Source: Phoronis australis
Lineage: Eukaryota > Animalia > Phoronida
Direction: 5' to 3'
Assembly: GCA_002633005.1 (NCBI GenBank)
Contig: NMRA01000177.1
Span: 697,942 to 761,941, forward strand
DNA: 64,000 nt
The notes beneath the pieces were generated by a model. That model did no database searches, was not told the origin of the DNA, and saw nothing but the letters and a program-made list of their open reading frames with translations. A program made the position numbers and the translations under genes. Within the stretch, counting starts at the first letter, position 1. Each line of letters starts with the position of its first letter. Positions 41,601-53,780 of the stretch are shown here, in pieces.

Positions 41601-42453
41601 CTGTTTGTGTTCGCCTTATTTTACTAAGTAATCTGTTTAAATTATTTTTGAAAAGTGGAGTTGGTTTCACCGGAGACCTCGTCACGCTCTACTGTGGCCA
41701 TTTTAGGTAGTGACTCACTACAAATATTTAAAATAAGAAATTCAAGTAAAAAAATCTTTAGTTAAGTTGAGTTAAGTTTGAAGATATTAATTAGTTGTGC
41801 TGAATTAGCATTATTCTGGGCTTAAGTTTCGACTAAATTAAGTTGTGTTAAAATTTGTTTAATCAAATTTTCAACTAAAAATGTATAGAGTATCTGTAAA
41901 AATCTGGGAAAAAGTTTGTAAAATGCAAATTGATGAAGCAGCAGAAAATGAGGTGCTTTCTTGGACCAGACTGTTAACTTCATGTGTGTACAGACATTGA
42001 GCGATTGAAGATTCCCATGTGGTCACCTAAAATTACATTTCATCTGCCTTTTCATTTTTCTTTTGTTTCTATCTGTGTCTCAATATTCACCGAAACGCTT
42101 AACATAATCTGTGAACAAGCAATGTTAGCATACAGTTTGATTTTAAAATTTTTTTCCATTAGAAATTGATGTCATGGTTTAGTCTGATGTTTTACATTAA
42201 TTTAATTTACTTACTGGATCATAGTTTTCAGAACTATACATTGTACTACACTCTGTAGTCTATGAATGCTTTATGACCTGTTTCTGTTGTAAAAAAAAGC
42301 TGTGTTTCTTAACTGACAAAAGGTCAATTACCATTCATGTACATAGATTACATAGATTTTATGCTGTTTTCTAATTGCTTGTTTGCAGATAAACTAGATT
42401 CATCAATGCATCAGGGTGCTAAAAAGGGACTTCGGTTTGCTTTGAAGAGTTAG
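26691..42453 (+). CDS. TRIP4: Activating signal cointegrator 1 (ASC-1). 12 exons: 26691-26770, 27781-27934, 31629-31712, 32226-32349, 33116-33234, 35130-35272, 36156-36465, 37752-37930, 38857-38978, 40385-40482, 41109-41205, 42389-42453
   Basis: All introns GT-AG with consistent phases. C2HC5 zinc finger GRHVCECQCRKHKLISNCLKCGRVVCEQEGSGPCLFCG; RRTQVIDDEADYF; ASCH domain CLSMHQPWASLLVRGIKLHEGRTWFTTHRGRLWIAAT...YPIGCLLGCV...KLDSSMHQGAKKGL; colinear with human TRIP4. Confidence 0.97.
28483..28770 (+). mobile_element. Penelope-like 3' fragment with an inverted duplication (about 50-bp hairpin arms), in TRIP4 intron 2
   Basis: Arms 28483-28534 and 28562-28611 are near-perfect reverse complements; LNRNIGSFEL resembles the PLE endonuclease tail; hammerhead-like ttgacaatg...accgaaacgttg at 28693-28727. 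Confidence 0.55.
29115..29301. repeat. Minisatellite, 23-bp unit x8
   Basis: CTGTTGCCATACCGACTACAGTT repeated head-to-tail with rare substitutions and no spacers. Confidence 0.97.
30590..31456 (+). mobile_element. Non-autonomous Helentron/DINE-1-like element, copy 2; an inverted fragment precedes it at about 30090-30490
   Basis: 5' tttttatgcgcccac...gtggacgcat plus ccgtccg; 3' sub-terminal repeat gtggctgcat, hairpin caacgc-tcc-gcgttg and ctcttgttt. Confidence 0.7.
38450..38787 (+). mobile_element. 5'-truncated Helentron/DINE-1-like element, copy 3
   Basis: Same internal modules as copy 2; ends aagcacactctttgcattgcagccgtgggcgcatttcaacactcttgttt. Confidence 0.65.
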
Positions 42454-45349
42454 TAAGTCATTGTGAACAGAGCATGTCGACCTCAGTGTGTCAACGTGAG
42501 ATGAATTAATTAACATCGGACAGGTACTGTTGCATTACCGTTGCTCAAGAACAGGGTTGCGTTCGCCGTCACAAGACAATCGCGAGACACTGCCGTTGAG
42601 AAATTGTTGCTTGTGAAACAGGAACGGTTGTTTTTCTCTCAAAATTTCGCATTCCAGTCTCACCTACCTATTATTTTGGTGACGGCCATTTTGGTAGTCT
42701 ACTTCTAGTAATGTTGAAACAGTTGCATTTCACTCTTGTGGTTTCACCAAACTCTCACGAAACTTACTCTACTGAACACACCCCATCGTTATGGTGGTGG
42801 TCACTTGAGCAATAACACCAATGTGTCGCTATGAGAGGAAACCATCACATATTTTTTTCATTAGCTTACCAAACTTATGTGCCGATAAGCTGTTCGTGTT
42901 TCTTTGTTCGTTGTTTGTGTACAGAAACAGATGAACAGTACGGACATATTCGTCTTATGGGAAGTTGGATATAAGTTTGCCAAAGCACCCCTTATGTTTG
43001 TATTTCCAAACTTTTCGTATTCTTGTTTGAATTTTATTTGTGAATGTTATGGAGCTCTTACTATTCAGGTTTGCACTCTTGTAGGGTGTTATGGACATAA
43101 CGGCCTATAAAAGAAGAATACTTGCTGGTAAAGCTCTCACATGTGAATGCTCAAATTTGTTGTTCAATGACTCTTAACCTTTTCCTTAGATGACATTGAA
43201 AGGTCAAACTCAAGTCGGTTACAGCTGTCATTGGGCTTGTTATAGAAAGATCAAAAAGCCGATTGGTTTTCAGTGGATTTAAGTATTGTGTTATTAGTAT
43301 CACAAAAAAAAACACAAATACCCCATTTGAAAATCTAAAAAACCTTGAAAATATAAATCATGAAGTAAATTTTTCTAGCTGGTAGTGAAGCACTATCCTA
43401 ACATATACTCCTGCCTAAGTAAACTTAAAGGATGATCAGTGGTTTTATAGGCTGTAAATCAGAACTGTGTCCTGTAAGTCATTCAAAACAATTGGAAAAA
43501 AAGTTAGTCATGAGCTTGTAAATTTCTGGCAAACTTAGGAGAGACCCCCGTGAGATGAATGTCATAGTGTTGTGCATTGATTTCCTTTTCAAAGAAACAT
43601 GGTCAACTTAAAAAAATTATGCGCCTACATGTACACATGTGAGTGGATATTGCTGCCATCTCCGTTTTGTGTCTGGCGATCTGAGCTGGATGCTCATTGT
43701 CTGTGGCTGTGGGTTTCTCCTTAATTCTTTTATGGAGTGTCATGAGAGTTGCAGGTGTGTTCCTATGAATATCTTGAAACTATGCTTGGAACATAAAATT
43801 AAATTGATCAGTGTAAGTGTAGCAGTTGCCAATGTGAGCTTTGTATTAATCACAGTTTCATTGCAAGACATAATACAGAGAAGTATGAGCAAATCAACAA
43901 ACTTAAAATATCNTCTTACTATTCAGGTTTGCACTCTGCTAGGGTGTTATGGACATAACAGCCTATAAAAGAAGAATATTTGCTGGTAAAGCTCTCACAT
44001 ATGAATGCTCAAATTTGTTGTTCAATTACTCTTAACCTTCTCCTTAGATGACATTGAAAGGTCAAACTCAAGTCGGTTACAACTGTTATTGGGCTTGTTA
44101 TAGAAAGATCAAAAAGCCGATTGGTTTTCAGTGGAGTTCAGTTTTGTGTTATTAGTATCACAAAAGAAAAAACAAACACAAATACCCCATTTGAAAATCT
44201 AAAAAACCTTGAAAATATAAATCACGGAGTAAATTTTTCTAGCTGGTATTGAAGCACTTTCCTAACATATACTCCTGCCTAAGTAAACTTAAAGGATGAT
44301 CAGTGGTTTTATAGGCTGTAAATCAGAACTGTGTCCAGTAAGTCGTTCAAAACAATTGGAAAAAAAGTTAGTCATGAGCTTGCAAATTTCTGGAAAACTT
44401 AGGAGAGACCCCCGTGAGATGAATGTCATAGTGTTGTGCATTGATTTCCTTTTCAAAGAAACATGGTCAACTTAAAAAAATTATGCGCCTACATGTACAC
44501 ATGTGAGTGGATATTGCTGCCATCTCCGTTTTTTGTCTGGCGATCTGAGCTGGATGCTCATTGTCTGTGGCTGTGGGTTTCTCCTTAATTCTTTTATGGA
44601 GTGTCATGAGAGTTGCAGGTGTGTTCCTATGAATATCTTGAAACTATGCTTGGAACATAAAATTAAATTGATCAGTGTAAGGGTAGCAGTTGCCAATGTG
44701 AGCTTTGTATTAATTACAGTTTCATTGCAAGACATAATACAGAGAAGTATGAGCAAATCAACAAACTTAAAATATCATGATTACAAGAATTATACCTATG
44801 CCAAAAATTTGGTAAAATACAAATAAAGTCTTTTCAAGGATACTTAAACATGGTTCCAAGGCGCACTGTGGGAAGCACTGGACACGGGATGTAAATCAAT
44901 AAGCAAAAATACAATCGTGCCCAAATGAAGATTGAAGTAGTAAGTATGAATACTTCTATCGAAAATTGAGTGTTAATTAACAGTTGTCACTTTAAACAAT
45001 CGGTGATCAATGCAATGGGCCCACATGCGCGGCCTGCGCACGTATGGAACAAGGTGTACCAGACCGCCTGCAATTATTTTTTTAAACAATCAAAACAACT
45101 GAAACAGTATATTCTTAATACTGTCTAAGAATTTGATACTAGTTAAGGTCTGTCAACAACTCTGGGTCAAGGTTTATAAATTTTAAGAAAGACTTATTCG
45201 AATGTAAAAATTAGACCCGTCTATAACAAATCTGTACAAAATTGAAGATAACATCTGCAAGTTTAATAAAATGCAAAATATTTTGTATTCAGGCATAAAG
45301 AATTACACCCTGCGAAGTCATGATTTAAAGTGTTATACAATTTGGCTTC

Positions 45350-46850
45350 AGTTATTTTCACTACAGCATCACTCTGTGTCTTCTTGGTCACTACTAACGT
45401 CTTCGGCAGAATCTAAAACCGGCATAGCATTCCCTGAAAACAGCAAAAAGCTACATGAACTGAACTGGCTGGTGGGCATGCTGCATACAGAATTCTTTTT
45501 TCTAGAGCCTTTTTGTTTCTTTTCTTTTTTGGAACAGGTTCATCATTATCATCACTAAAATAACATAGAGTCACAATAGGTATGTTACTGTCATGAAGCA
45601 TATCAAAAATTTGAAATGAATCTGATCAGCCATTTCTGAGATACAATGTTCCAAATTTAGGTTATTTACTAAAACTTGTCATACACTTCTTACTGTAAAA
45701 CCTACCTTTGTAAGTCATCAAAACGAGTGGGACTTTTCCACCTACAAATTAACACATAATACCATTAACTAAAAACCCAGGTAACGAATATATCAAAATG
45801 TTTGTGAACTCAGTTTAATGTAATGAAAACACCCAAGTGACTACACACACGTAAGTACATACAACCATATGATGTTTGGGTTAAATACACGAGTCTGAGA
45901 GTATACATACGTGAATGCACACGATCACATGACTTCCCTTATGAATATACACAGGTCTGAGAGTATACACACGTGAATGCACGCAATCACATGACTTCCC
46001 TTATGAATATACACAGGTCTGCGAGTATACACACGTGAATGCACACGATCACATGACTTCCCTTATGAATATACACAGCCAACTGGCTTCCTATATGAAT
46101 CCATAGGCTACCCTAAAGAAATTGTCAATCAAGGAAATGTACATATCTATGTTAAAATGTGTATCCTAACTGCCACCATTTGTAGTAGCACTTCGAACAT
46201 CAAGGACATTGATAAAATTGAGTTGATAAAATGGATTTATGCATATTGTCATTAAAAACACTATCTCCCTTATGAAACTCCAACCATGTTTTTCGTTTCA
46301 GAATGTTGCAGGAGTTTCTAAGAAATCACTCACGATAGAAGTGAATATTAAAAATTGCTCAACATAGAAAACTTAACCTCCTCTTTCCATCGTCATCAGT
46401 TGTGGCCACATCCGACTGCTCTTCGGCTTGACGCCATTTCCTTTCGCCTCGTAATTTTCTACATAAAGAACAGTAATTACTAAAAATGACACCACTTCTA
46501 AAAATTGAGAATTATTTTTAAAAAGTACAACTGATGAAGTTAGGCACTATAAAATGAATTGGTCAAGTTTCTCACAGCTATTAACAGAAGTTTAAACAAT
46601 TTCCAACTGAGATTTAAGCATGGACTTAATATTTTATAATTGCACTTACCGGTAGCACATGTAATTTCTGTAGGGTTTAAGGCCCAGTCCACCTCAGGCT
46701 GCCTCTTCTGTTCCACCCACTGCCTTTAAAAGTTCCATTCCTTTCAGAAAGCTGGAAGGTGGCCAACTGCAACTATCCCCTTTCACCCAACATATGGACA
46801 CTATTTCTACACTGCCCTCATCAGTGAAATACACAACGGCATACTTTCTG
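45350..46850 (-). pseudogene. Relic of a CACTA/EnSpm-associated accessory gene (DUF4806-type N-terminus), spliced
   Basis: Minus-strand exons KYAVVYFTDEGSVEIVSICWVKGDSCSWPPS (~46650-46848, with a stop/frameshift), NYEAKGKWRQAEEQSDVATTDDDGKR (~46378-46458) and DDNDEPVPKKKRNKK (~45500-45555), with splice signals. Confidence 0.55.
45885..46078. repeat. Tandem repeat, 62-bp unit x3
   Basis: atacacaggtctgagagtatacacacgtgaatgcacacgatcacatgacttcccttatgaat repeated three times. Confidence 0.95.
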
Positions 46851-47339
46851 AATGCCAACAACTATTAATCAGTAACACATTGAAATAGTTAAACTATGAC
46901 ATTGATGATACTGCTTCAGACCAAAAAGTCAAGAACAGTTTATAGGCAGAAAGCGGTTGATGAAAAAGCTTGCACCCGATGTACTGTAGGAACAAGATTA
47001 GATGATCTGTCAATACAATACGAAGGATATTCTACATAGCGACTGTTTATTGAACCATGTTTACAGAAATTTTTAAGTACACATGAATAAATGAATGATA
47101 ATGCATATCTAAAATCAACCACGGTAGTTTATGCCATACGTCTTGTTTTATTCAGTTCAGAAACAGTTACATAAATCTGCTTCTAAAGCTTTCTTTTCTC
47201 ACTACACAGCACTAATTTACATAATCCATAATATAAACTCAAAATGATTTTTTACAAAATCAGAAAAATCAAGAAGACGGAATCTGTAAAACGAAAAATT
47301 CGCCTTAAAGTTGCAAAATAGCAGTCTGTCAAGACCAGA

Positions 47340-47560
47340 AGTGGTGCCATAACTCCCAGTTTGATTGCATAGGAGGCAAATATACGGACAAGTCTTTCCT
47401 TGGCAACAAAACTACTTTAGCTGAAACTAGAGACAGCAAAATTTTCACCAATACCATGGCTAAGATTGCTAACAAGCCAAATGTTGAGTTTTCTTTAGTC
47501 GACAGGAAATTTAAAAGTCATCTTTGTCTCAAAACACTTGACAAATTATAATCAGTATCT
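47340..47560 (-). pseudogene. Possible C-terminal relic of a CACTA/EnSpm transposase
   Basis: Interrupted translation ICQVF.DKDDF..FPVD*RKLNIWLVSNL...AKVVLLP fits the remembered C-terminal pattern of animal EnSpm transposases and lies directly upstream of the accessory gene. Confidence 0.4.
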
Positions 47561-48460
47561 GGATAGCCAGATGTATGTTTTCGGCTCCATGATCAACCCA
47601 CTCGTACAGTTTTCCAACACCAAAAAAGACTGGAAGCTTTGCCAACGACTTCATCTCATGCCCTGTGTGCTCACACTGCTGCACTTTTTGCCACTAGTGA
47701 GGTCCCAGCATCAGGGTCTTTATTGGCAGCCGTCTTTGGATCCTGTTCATATGTGTAACAACTGAAAGACAAAAAATAACATGTACCTTACGGAAGATTT
47801 TACATGTCGATATCTTATAAAATAATCAATAGTTTATGATTTTCATTAGACCAGGGTCCACTGAAATCTTTGTACTCGAAATTGAAATTATTTTTGACAT
47901 TCCGTTTTATTTTTGAATGAACTCAATATAATGTATCTTATTATTCTGCGAAGCTGTCGGTAGCACTGTCGCCGACGCAAAACTTTCCATTGGCACTCAA
48001 AATAAAATATCCAATTCTAGACGAATGAGGCAAGATACAACACCAATATGGTAGATTCTGTCCCCCACGCGTGACGTCATAGGTGTTTACGACTTACAAC
48101 CGCCAAAAACACACTCGTGGACTATTAGACATGAGCAGTGGATCGTGGTAATGTTGGAAACACTGAGTGAGCACAGCTAAAACGAAATAAGCATAAGAGC
48201 CCCTACATAATCTTTTGTTCTATTCATGTTTAACCAATGAGCCAAGATTAAGACTTAGTTTCTTCATGTCATTAATCTTGCTTGCACGTTCTGTTATCTT
48301 CAATCAGAAACGGCATTGACGGAGGCTCAGCAAATATACGATTTTACCGTTGACATAACCAACCGCTGTGTTTATCTCGGGAGAAAATGCCTACTGGGGG
48401 AAAACCAGTGCACGAAAGTGGGACACATTAATTTATGTATTTAAGCCCTCGAAACTCTAA

Positions 48461-49390
48461 CAGCCGATTTCATAAAGGTGGTTTAACAAAACCAGCTTTA
48501 AGACTTAAACGTGGTCTTCCTTAACTTGGTCTAATTTTAGACCTGGCTTGCATTTCACCAACATGGTTTAATAGTGAAAGCCTGGTTTTGCTAGACCAGA
48601 GAGTCGGTTCAGTAAAACCAGGATTAAAGTATCAAAGGCAACCCACTGTGTCGTGCTGGGTAAACCCAACAAAGAAAATTGAAGTGCTTCAATGGAACTG
48701 TGATCACGTGGGTTTCAGTGACAGCTAGCACACAGTTGTTGGTAAAATCGGTGCAGTAGTATTTTCCTGATGGCTCTGGCATCAATAAAATGAGTAGAAA
48801 AAGGTCGGAAAACTTTTCTCCTGAGGAAAAAGTTTCCTCACAGAACTCATTGCAGAAAAATTTGGTGTCATAGAGAACAACAAAGTGACGCCAAAACAAG
48901 TGCTTATCTGTCGCAGACAGATAAGCACTTGTAGCTCTGGCGTAATACGTACTCTGGTTTCTCAGAGTTAGAGGTGCTAGTCGGTTTGTGATCAGTCTTA
49001 TGACGTCTCTCATTGTTTTGCCATTCGAAACCGGTTTTTGAAGTCTGTCTCGCTCTAAAATTGCGTCGGTGACGCACGCCGCGACGTCTTTCACCTGCTC
49101 GATAGAGCACATGTATATCTCTCAAGTCTGAGTCAGCCATCTTTAAAAGTGTTAAACCTAGCTCTGACCAGGTCTAAAGTTAAACCTGGTGTAAGGTCTT
49201 AATACATGTCTAAGAAACTGGTGAAATGAAAAGTGTCTTAGACCAGGTTTCAGCAGGAGTTAAATCAGGTTTTACTAGACCAATGGTCTAAAAGTTAAAC
49301 CACCTTTATGAAATGCGGGTTATCTTTAAACCTGGTCTAAGTCCACTTTAAGCCAGGTTTAACTTTAAACCACCTTTATGAAATCGGCTG
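48461..49390. mobile_element. Internally deleted PIF/Harbinger transposon
   Basis: TAA|CAGCCGATTTCATAAAGGTGGTTTAA ... TTAAACCACCTTTATGAAATCGGCTG|TAA. Plus strand: Myb/SANT-like start MSRKRSENFSPEEK..LTELIAEKFGVIENNK (48790). Minus strand: HARBI1-like start MADSDLRD...LAPLTLRNQS..PELQVLICLR (from 49140). Confidence 0.9.
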
Positions 49391-51366
49391 TAATAGTCCC
49401 TATTACGACTGGTTCATTATTGTGAACACGTCTCAGTGAGTAGGCCTTTAACCCATGCCCGGGTGTCTTATGTACTTACCGATAATATGGTGTTGTAAAG
49501 AAAAACTAAAGTGGTAATTATCCAATTACTAACAATCTTGTACTAGACTTTCTTAACACAATCTTTACTTCAAGCTATCACTCCTTGTGTTCCTCAGGGA
49601 TCACGTGATGGTTGCTCCACTTTCCTTTCTTGTCTAAGCACCAATCTTGAAATCACTGATGACGCTGCTCCACTCGTCCCAGGGCTTTCAAGTCAAACGT
49701 GTGGACTCCTATCCTTTGCAGTGTGTTTGAATGGCTTTCACCAAGTACCTTATATCGCTCAATACTCATAAACCACAAATTTGCACTGTTTGTGATTGCC
49801 AACTACGTCAGCAGCATCTCATTAACTCTTGCGTGAAATTTGCCCATCCTATGAGCGGAAGAGGTAGACGATTTTGTACATTTAAAGAGTATGGTTATCA
49901 GAACGTATGTAATGCAATGCAGTGAATCAGTACGGGTAGATGGCTGGTGGCGATGGCAAACCTCTCTAATATACAATGCTCGTCTCTTACTTTGTGCCTT
50001 ATTCAAATAGTTTCAGTTCATATAAACAAAATAAAAATTCACTTCCCTCAATCAAACATGTGCATGCATGCTGATGTGAAAATTTTAACACACAAGCATG
50101 TTTTTAAGTATCAAGTGATTTAAGTAAGTGAAATATGTCAGGTCAAAGCGTGATTATCTGACAACATTTTGACAACTACGTGCACTGGTTTTGGTCTGGA
50201 ACTCAACTCATTTTGAAATCCGAGCCCTACTTCGTGACTTCCGTAACCTTGATCAACTAAATCAGTTGGAAAAACAACTCCCATTTTGTTTGTAAGACCA
50301 AGACTACTCATTCATGAATAATATCTAATAATACTTAACACTCAAATTGAGCCCCCGAATTAGGACATTTACACATCCAAAAACATACAGTCTGTGGGAA
50401 AGGTAAAAAGAAATTTTCAAGGTTGTAATTTGTACAGAAGGTTGTAAAGAGTCTGGTGGAAGTTACCATACAAGTCAATAATTATGCATAAATTATGCTA
50501 ATTAGCCCATTAAAAGGAACAAGTCTGAATTTCAGTGATTTTCAATGATTATATTCAGCATAAGCACACAATTTGCTTTTAGACAGTTAAATTCCATTCT
50601 AAATAATTTGTCAATCATTTCTCAGGTCATTACTTGAATACTTGAAAAATATGCAAATTAGTAATCCAAACTGTCCATCCAAAAATTTCACAAAAATGGC
50701 CGTTTTCCTCTAACTTGTAGATAACTGGAAAGGTTTCAAACAAACAATAAGCAGACATTTACATAACAGATAGGTAAATATGAGGTTCATTTTAGCATAA
50801 TAAATTACTTTCAAGTGTTTTGACAACTTAATTTGCATATCATTAGCAATTCAAAATGGCCGCCGCATGACCCAGAGTGAAAAACATAGCACACTTTGAA
50901 ACGCTGAGGACTAAAAAGTATTTATCCAATCAATTTGAAACTTAGCAAACTGATTTATACTAACGAGCTGCATGTTTTGAACTAGAGACATTCCACTGGG
51001 TGTCTTTGCTCGGGAATTACACACGATATTTCATATTTCTGCTAAAAATATCATTCAACCCTCATTTAACCATAGCTGAAATGAAATTAGGTTGGACTTC
51101 ACTTTCAAACTTAGTTCATAACATGTAGAATAGTACTGTGAATCTACCCTGACAATTTCAAGCAATTAGCTTTCATACTTATTGAGATATGACGTTTCAA
51201 GTCTGCTTTGGTAGGCGAAAAATACAGTATGGCCAAAAATCGCTGTTAAAGTAAGAAAACGACAAACATGCGTATAAAAATGAACACAACAGCTTGTAAT
51301 CAAAGAAAGACCAAAGATTATGAGCAGCATTTGACAGTTATTAAATAAAATGTCCCAGTCTATGTC

Positions 51367-51912
51367 TCAGAATCCTCCTGGTATGTAATTATTGTCGCCA
51401 CGTTGCCCACGCGCTGCACGCCTCTGCCGAATAACGTCATTACGTCCAGCAATGTAGGCATTGTCAAGGCGGATACGGTCAATGTTTGCAAGCCCACTGA
51501 GAGTCCAGTAGCCAGGTATCAGGCCCAATGTTTCAAAAACATTCACTCTGCCTAATTCACCTTCATTATACACAATCGCTGCATCAAATACAGCCAGTTC
51601 AAGGCGCTTTCTACCAACGAAGGTAGTTTTGGGGCAACGCTCCCAAACCAGATTGTGGAAGCTTTCGTTGGCGTTCTGTGTGCCACCGTGAGCGCACTTG
51701 TGAAGTAACTCCATGTCAGACAAAGATACAAACACTGGCCTAATTGCTTCACAGACATAATGTGGTAAGGCATTAGCATTGGGATCACCGCGTCCAGATT
51801 TTGATGGGCACCAGTCACCACAGGCTTGATGATCACGATTGCGATGTCTAAATATTGCCCAGATGGCATTGTACATTGCCTGTACATTTCCAGCATTTTC
51901 GCGTATGGCAGC
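51367..51912 (-). mobile_element. Second copy of the transposase C-terminus (probable assembly overlap or allele)
   Basis: Highly similar to 52501-53046; truncated exactly at the single n (51913). Confidence 0.75.
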
Positions 51913-52500
51913 NAGGTAGGTTCATTTTAGCATAATAAATTGCTTTCAAGTGTTTTGACAACTTAATTTGCATATCATTAGCAATTCAAAATGGCCGCCG
52001 CATGACCCAGAGTGAAAAACATAGCACACTTTGAAACACTGTGGACTAAAAAGTATTTATCCAATCAATTTGAAACTTAGCAAAATGATTTATACCAATG
52101 AGCTGCATGTTATGAACTAGAGACATTCCATTGGGTGTCTTTGCTCCGGATTTACACACGATATTTGATATTTCTGCTAAAAATATCATTCAACCCTCAT
52201 TTAAACATAGCTAAAATGAAATTGGGTTGGACTTCACTTTCAAACTTAGTTCGTAACATGTAGAATAGTACTGTGAATCTACCCTGAGAATTTCAAGCAG
52301 TTATCTTTAATACTTATTGAGATATGACGTTTCAAGTCTGCTTTGGTAGGCGAAAAATACAGTATGGCCAAAAATCGCTGTTAAAGTAAGAAAACGACAA
52401 ACATGCGTATAAAAATGAACACAACAGCTTGTAACCAAAGAAAGACCAAAGATTATGAGCAGCATTTGACAGTTAATAATAAAATGTCACAATCTATGTG

Positions 52501-53780
52501 TCAGAATCCTCCTGGTATGTAATTGTTGTCGCCTCGTTGCCCACGCGCTGCACGCCTCTGCCGAATAACGTCATTACATCCAGCAATGTAGGCATTGTCA
52601 AGGCGCATACGGTCAATGTTTGCAAGCCCACTGAGAGTCCAGTAGCCAGGTATCAGGTCCAATGTTTCAAAAACATTCACTCCTTCTAATTCACCTTCAT
52701 TATACACAATCGCTGCATCAATTACAGCTTGTTCAAGGCGCTTTCTACCAACGAAGGTAGTTTTGGGGCAACGCTCCCAAACCAGATTGTGGAAGCTTTC
52801 GTTGGCGTTCTGTGTGCCATCGTGAGCGCACTTGTGAAGTAACTCCATGTCAGACAAAGATACAAACACTGGCCTAATTGCTTCACAGACATAATGTGGT
52901 AAGGCATTAGCATTGGGATCACCGCGTAAAGATTTTGATGGGCACCAGTCACCACAGGCTTGATGATCACGATTGCGATGTCTAAATATTGCCCAGATGG
53001 CATTGTACATTGCCTGTACATTTCCAGCATTTTCGCGTATGGCAGCGCCATAATGGCCTTGAATTTGCTTAATTCCTTTCTTTGTCAGTTTTCTTACTCC
53101 ACCAATACCTTTAGTCGTTCCTCCCCCACGCAGTCGAATCACTTTCTTCTTCAGTTCGCAAACTTTATCGCTTAGTCTTTTCCCCATCCGCTTCTGAATG
53201 TGACCAGTGCACTCCAGTTTACCAATATCAACATTCCCTTGGTAAACAGGAGGATCTGCAGATACAACAGGTTTGAATGACTTACTGTCCCCGTCCCTAA
53301 GTACTTTGTATATCGCACATTGTAGTTGGGCAGAGATCGACGGAAGATGGCAACAATTCCAGCTGGTTCCATCGCGCCAGCACTACCTTCATGATTTGAT
53401 TCACAGCCAGTATCCTTCTCCTTCCAGTCCTGAAAATCTTCCTCACTTTTTCGCTTCTTGTTTGTGCTAAAACTATTGCAGTAGTTGGACAAAGTCTGCA
53501 CATCAATCACTTTACTGCCATTTCCGTTCACTGAAAGAACAGTGGCTATTCCGTTCTTGCTCGAAAAACCTCTCCTTTGCCACGTACCGTCACACGATAC
53601 TGTTAGATCAACTACGTCATTTGATGAAGAGCCAGGGCTAGCAGTTGCCCTTGCTTCCACAATTGCACTTGAGAATGATCTCTGTGCTACACTTTCTGTT
53701 GCTCGTTGAATCTTGTTTTTGTGCTTGTTCCAAATTGACGGAGTCTGCGCAGGTGACATATTCATGTTTGTGATTGTTCT
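52501..53780 (-). mobile_element. Mutator-like (PF20700-type) DDE transposase, 5'-truncated, with one frameshift near 53296
   Basis: SCDGTWQRRGFSSKNG, YLG(DGDSKSF) restored by adding one G, KLECTGHIQKRMG, TQNANESFHNLVW; superfamily (Mutator versus Kolobok-H-like) not resolved. Confidence 0.85.

Noticed and set aside
26691-42453. Functional link between the deaminase and the neighbouring ASCH-domain gene TRIP4
   Set aside because: Adjacency in an animal genome is not evidence of a shared pathway, and TRIP4 is an ordinary conserved ortholog.
43056-44776. Apparent 860-bp tandem duplication with twin ORFs 43639 and 44503
   Set aside because: Junction is the single n at 43913; the differences look allelic and the ORFs have no recognisable motifs.
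50772-53046. Apparent tandem pair of transposase genes
   Set aside because: Copies abut at the n at 51913, so this is probably two haplotypes or two family copies joined by scaffolding; it cannot be claimed as a real tandem without long reads.
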